Shown here: piece after piece, positions 61,346-64,000 of the stretch
How the letters are laid out: the number at the start of each line of letters is the position of its first letter
Position numbering within the stretch: the stretch's first letter is position 1
Source of the DNA: a virus
Strand: one strand, 5' to 3'
Virus record (IMG/VR): IMGVR_UViG_3300034198_024209
Location: 24,650 to 88,649 of that record
DNA: 64,000 nucleotides
Made by a program: the position numbers and the translations under genes
Notes under the pieces: model-generated
Told to the model about the DNA's origin: nothing
Databases searched by the model: none
Seen by the model: only the letters and a program-made list of their open reading frames with translations

Positions 61346-61487
61346 AATTAGCTATAGACAGGAGCCTAATACAAATAAAATTAACAAGGCCATAAGATAT
61401 GCTGAATCTGATAGACATGCGGCATATCAATGGAGATCCGCAAACCCAAAATATCCAGTACAAATAGTGGGTATAAAAAGGTTATAA
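61332..61487 (+). CDS. small hypothetical protein (51 aa)
   Basis: MKLFEISYRQ...IVGIKRL; ends just before a terminator. Confidence 0.5.
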   Translation: MKLFEISYRQEPNTNKINKAIRYAESDRHAAYQWRSANPKYPVQIVGIKRL

Positions 61488-61489
61488 AT

Positions 61490-61523
61490 AAAAACGGGGT
61501 AAGTAATTTACCCCGTTTTTTTT
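61490..61523 (+). terminator. intrinsic terminator
   Basis: AAAAACGGGGTAA-GTAAT-TTACCCCGTTTTTTTT. Confidence 0.85.
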
Positions 61524-61581
61524 ATCTACCAGCTTTACAAATTGTAATAAATATAAAGATATGGTATTGTCTACTCTTTAA

Positions 61582-62475
61582 ATGAAGTCACACGAGAATT
61601 ACAAAATAAAAAAGTCTGAAGAAGACATATATACTAAATTCTTGCCTGATTTTACTCCAGAGCAATTAAAAGAAATGGGTGCATACAAAGAGGTATATGG
61701 CCCCAAGGATGCACCAAGATTAGCTAGTTTAGCGGCATGGCCAGAGCACTGGTACAACGAAGCAGATCCACATGGTTGGTTGCAGTGGTATAGCAGATAC
61801 TCGGGCGGAAGAAGGATAGATGACGACAAAAGACAAATAAAAAGATGGTTGGCATTTAAGGCAAGGCACGGAGGAAAAGCGTTTACTGGTAATCCAACAC
61901 CTCGAAGAGCGTATGCATTAAGAAACTGGGCAATAGATCCTTTAAAACTTGTGGACGACCCAGAATCATTTAAAGTTGTTATGGACGAATATAAATTAAG
62001 GAAATATAATCAAAAAATGGATAAAGTTAGTTTTTTACCAAAGCAAGCCAAAGACGAAAAACCAGGTCTCTGGGCTAATATTAGAGCAAAGAGAAAAAGG
62101 GGCGAGCCACCAGCAAAACCTGGGGAAAAAGATTTTCCTGATAAGAAGCAATGGAGTAAGTTAACTAAACAGAGCGCTGAGATTTCGTTTTTACCTAAAG
62201 AAGCAAAATCACCAGCTTGGCAAAGATCCGAAGGTAAAAATTCGCAGGGAGGACTGAACGCCAAAGGTCGTGCAAGCTATAACAAACAAACTGGGGGGAA
62301 CTTAAAAGCTCCAGTTACTGAAAAAGACCCAAGTGGAAAAAGAGAAACAAGACAAAATAGTTTTTGTTCTAGAATGTGTGGGATGAAGAAAAGCAGAACT
62401 AGTTCAAAAACAAAGAACGATCCAGATAGCAGAATTAATAAAGCTCTTAGAAAATGGAGATGTAAATGTTCTTGA
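61582..62475 (+). CDS. three-module composite protein
   Basis: DP.GW.QWY.RY..GRR..DD.RQI.RW domain, KPGLWANI.AKR.RGE module, and AWQR.EGKN..GGLN.KGR.SY...SFC.RM...SRINKALRKW.C module. Confidence 0.7.
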   Translation: MKSHENYKIKKSEEDIYTKFLPDFTPEQLKEMGAYKEVYGPKDAPRLASLAAWPEHWYNEADPHGWLQWYSRYSGGRRIDDDKRQIKRWLAFKARHGGKAFTGNPTPRRAYALRNWAIDPLKLVDDPESFKVVMDEYKLRKYNQKMDKVSFLPKQAKDEKPGLWANIRAKRKRGEPPAKPGEKDFPDKKQWSKLTKQSAEISFLPKEAKSPAWQRSEGKNSQGGLNAKGRASYNKQTGGNLKAPVTEKDPSGKRETRQNSFCSRMCGMKKSRTSSKTKNDPDSRINKALRKWRCKCS

Positions 62476-62502
62476 TTTGCAGTATTTTAATCTTAAATAT
62501 TC

Positions 62503-63537
62503 ATGAAAACTAAAACTGTTTTTGCCCTAAACAAAATAAATAAATTAGGATCTATTGGTGGTGCAGCTAAAACCGTCGCTGGCTTTGTTAACCCTACTGT
62601 ATCAACAGCAGCTGATCTCAATTCAGCTTCTCATGTTCCTCATGCAGCTTCGCACGTAGGTTCAAATTTTAAAACAAACTACGCTTTAGCGGAGGGCGTA
62701 TCAAGTGCTGGCGCGTTGACGCATGAAGGAATTCATGCCCTAAAACACACTGCACCCATCGTAAACCAAGTGGCAGCTAAAATTCCGTATACACCAATTG
62801 GATCAGCAATTTCATCCACAGCTGGTGCTGGGGTATCGGCATTGAGTAGGGTTGCTCCATGGATGTGGGCCGGAAACATGGCAATGGAGGGCGTAAATGT
62901 GGCAACGAATCCTAAAGAATCATTAGATGACGCAACAAGTTCGCTAGAGAGTAAAGGGCCATTGGGTAGGGCATGGTATGGTTTTACTAATCCAATTAAG
63001 ACAATAGCTGCTACAGGTAGAGCGTTTGGAGAGTTGGTAGGTTCATATACTCCAAGTAATAACTCCGGACAACAATTTATCCCAAGACCACAACAAAATA
63101 ACATACAGCAAAATTCATTCCTACCTAAACCGACAGGCAGTCCACAACCGATGCCTTCTACTCAAAATTCATTCCTACCGAAACCCGTAGGAACTCCACA
63201 GCCAATACAAAAAACTTCAAGCCAGGATAAATTTACTGGATTGCAAACAACCGTCCCAAATGAAACTCCAGAAGCTTTATACGGGAGAATAATGTCTAAA
63301 AATTTAAATGTTGATCAATTCTTTAATAATGCTATAAAACACGACTGGAAAATTCCAGGTGTTCCGGGATTTCTCGCTAGGACTGTAGCTAGAAAAGCTC
63401 AGCAAAATCCAGACCCATACTTAAATTCTCTTAGAAATAAAGTACAAAAAAGCACAATAATTGATGCAATAAAAAGAAATCCAGAGGCATTTAAGAATGT
63501 TTCAAATAATACACTAAACACAACAAATATAACTTAA
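62503..63537 (+). CDS. putative virion-internal protein
   Basis: N-terminal NKINKLG, Ala/Gly-rich region and a duplicated QNSFLPKP.G.PQP. Confidence 0.55.
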   Translation: MKTKTVFALNKINKLGSIGGAAKTVAGFVNPTVSTAADLNSASHVPHAASHVGSNFKTNYALAEGVSSAGALTHEGIHALKHTAPIVNQVAAKIPYTPIGSAISSTAGAGVSALSRVAPWMWAGNMAMEGVNVATNPKESLDDATSSLESKGPLGRAWYGFTNPIKTIAATGRAFGELVGSYTPSNNSGQQFIPRPQQNNIQQNSFLPKPTGSPQPMPSTQNSFLPKPVGTPQPIQKTSSQDKFTGLQTTVPNETPEALYGRIMSKNLNVDQFFNNAIKHDWKIPGVPGFLARTVARKAQQNPDPYLNSLRNKVQKSTIIDAIKRNPEAFKNVSNNTLNTTNIT

Positions 63538-63542
63538 TACAT

Positions 63543-64000
63543 ATGGGAATGTTCGATGAAATAAAAGTCAAAGTAGAGCTACCTCTTAATGACGAATTAA
63601 AAAAACATTCAGTTAATTGGAGTGAAATTAATTTTCAGACAAAAGACCTAGACAATTGCCTAAGTCAATACTTAATAACAGAGAGCGGTGAACTAATAGA
63701 GGAAATAATAGAAAGAGAGTATATTCCTTTTTCTGAAGAAGAGAAAAAAGATAAAGATGTTAGGCCATGGAATATTTGGAAAGAAGTGATAGAAAAAGAT
63801 AGATATACAAAAAAAATAGATTATCACGGTAAAATAACATTTTACAGCAGCATAAATTCTTCTGACACAGAAGAGACGTGGATTGATTTTGATGCATACT
63901 TTATTTACGGAAAATTAGATAAAATTTTATTAGTTGAAGTCAAAACAACTGAAAAACACTCAATCAGTTTTGAGAGGATAATGCAGGAACAAAAAGAAAA
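63543..64000 (+). CDS. 3'-truncated conserved hypothetical phage protein
   Basis: MGMFDEIKV...FQTKDLDNCL..Y.I...G.L; the frame is open to the window end. Confidence 0.65.
   Translation, partial: MGMFDEIKVKVELPLNDELKKHSVNWSEINFQTKDLDNCLSQYLITESGELIEEIIEREYIPFSEEEKKDKDVRPWNIWKEVIEKDRYTKKIDYHGKITFYSSINSSDTEETWIDFDAYFIYGKLDKILLVEVKTTEKHSISFERIMQEQKE

Overview
AT-rich, gene-dense, almost entirely + strand segment of a large (jumbo-type) tailed bacteriophage genome. All family calls come from motif recognition only; no database search was run. Layout: (1) 1-17.4 kb accessory and nucleotide-metabolism genes (metallophosphoesterase, FG-GAP propeller, 2OG-Fe(II) oxygenase, SET-domain protein, RNase HI, class Id-like ribonucleotide reductase, ThyX, pyrimidine-dimer glycosylase-like, YopX, MazG) with tRNA-Leu(TAA), -Pro(TGG) and -Arg(TCT). 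(2) 17.4-40.5 kb modular fibre/adhesin cluster (paralogous gene pairs, HxH repeats, a DUF285/BspA-like LRR protein, a collagen-like fibre, and a 2899-aa RCC1/LamG/FGE-CLec protein whose FGE domain is split by a ~460-aa insert). (3) 40.5-50 kb candidate lysis genes interleaved with an 835-aa, ~63-Cys protein directly followed by an Erv1/Alr sulfhydryl oxidase. (4) 51-64 kb probable portal, a run of Gly-rich putative head-cargo proteins punctuated by K-x-A motifs, the N-terminal piece of a split multisubunit RNA polymerase beta subunit, and a minus-strand tRNA-Gln plus glycosyltransferase cassette. Best novelty candidates: a phage-encoded disulfide-formation module for a cysteine-rich protein, and a K-x-A-delimited polyprotein cargo system beside a split RNA polymerase.
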